NCBI GenBank assembly: GCA_046290465.1
Contig: JBKAGP010000001.1
Coordinates: forward strand, 1,785,484-1,849,483
Source of the DNA: Planctomycetota bacterium
Lineage (GTDB): Bacteria; Planctomycetota; UBA1135; UBA2386
Direction: 5' to 3'
Length of the DNA: 64,000 bases
Made by a program: the position numbers and the translations under genes
Shown: positions 63,707 through 64,000 of the stretch, one piece after another
How the letters are laid out: each line of letters begins with the position of its first letter
Numbering within the stretch: the first letter of the stretch is position 1
The notes under the pieces: generated by a model
Database searches by the model: none
The model's input: only the letters and a program-made list of their open reading frames with translations
What the model was told of the DNA's origin: nothing

Positions 63707-64000
63707 TCAGTCGCCGTCGAGCACCGGCGCCGGACGGCGGCGCCCCTGCAGCAGTTCGCCGACCAGCCCCTCGCGCCAGCGCTCGAGCACGAGGTCCCGA
63801 TCGAACCAGAGCACGCAGCCGGGCAGGTGGTTGCCGCCGAAGTCCATCTCGAAGCTCAGCGAGGCGTCGTCCCCCACCGGCGCCGAGATGTCGAGGCCCC
63901 AGCCGTACTGCTGGCTCCAGTACCAGATCAGCGCGACGCCCGACGACAGGTCCATGCCGACCTGGTACTCCTGCACGTCGACCGGCGCACCGAGCTTCTG
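63707..64000 (-). CDS. Hypothetical protein, 5' end outside the window
   Basis: The frame stays open to the window edge (...QKLGAPVDVQEYQVGMDLSSGVALIWYWSQQYGWGLDISAPVGDD...). The aromatic-rich composition is unlike the shadow frames. No family was recognised. Confidence 0.4.
   Translation of the reverse strand, partial: QKLGAPVDVQEYQVGMDLSSGVALIWYWSQQYGWGLDISAPVGDDASLSFEMDFGGNHLPGCVLWFDRDLVLERWREGLVGELLQGRRRPAPVLDGD

Overview
This is a gene-dense bacterial chromosomal segment of about 70% GC. The families present (FGE/SUMF1, FAD_oxidored, GDSL esterase arrays, HEAT/TPR proteins, large lipoproteins, UbiA/UbiX/UbiE menaquinone genes) would fit a high-GC Planctomycetota- or Myxococcota-like organism, but that is only a guess. 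I support 55 CDS and see no rRNA, tRNA, CRISPR, transposase, integrase or recognisable defence gene.

The ORF track uses ATG, GTG and TTG starts and is full of GC-driven shadow ORFs. I therefore chose frames by recognisable motifs and re-set many starts. Nine junctions are 4-nt GTGA or ATGA stop/start overlaps.

Gene blocks, left to right:
- ubiE-CPBP-ubiX-ubiA-holA-mutL operon (minus strand)
- 1003-aa lipoprotein
- SGNH-hydrolase-SGNH fusion
- NHEJ genes: LigD on the plus strand, and ku-ligase-MerR/TPR on the minus strand
- NfeD-flotillin-TM2-Trx/HEAT-DUF2293 block
- non-classical glycogen locus (GlgC, GDE, GH57, GT3-GT35 fusion)
- seven-gene minus-strand array (S51-like, esterase, ATP-grasp, esterase, pentaheme cytochrome, two paralogous secreted proteins)
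- nupC-punA-GNAT-slyX
- fdhD
- FGE
- BNR lipoprotein
- crotonase-pabB-pabC
- two cyclophilins

Most notable observations:
1. The central ligase module of LigD has lost every catalytic residue and its OB fold, while an intact ligase sits next to ku and is translationally coupled to a MerR/TPR gene.
2. An 86-bp REP-like element occurs as three full copies plus one hairpin-only copy. All four lie exactly at convergent gene junctions and abut stop codons. Two inverted copies bracket an SDR-RidA pair.
3. One secreted-protein paralog has no in-frame stop where the hairpin copy sits.
4. An uncharacterised ATP-grasp / two-esterase / S51-like cluster may be a candidate new metabolic system.
5. A glycogen synthase (GT3) is fused to an alpha-glucan phosphorylase (GT35).
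6. Five copies of a 17-bp tandem repeat sit at the pabB stop / pabC start junction.
7. An 84-nt near-perfect hairpin follows slyX.
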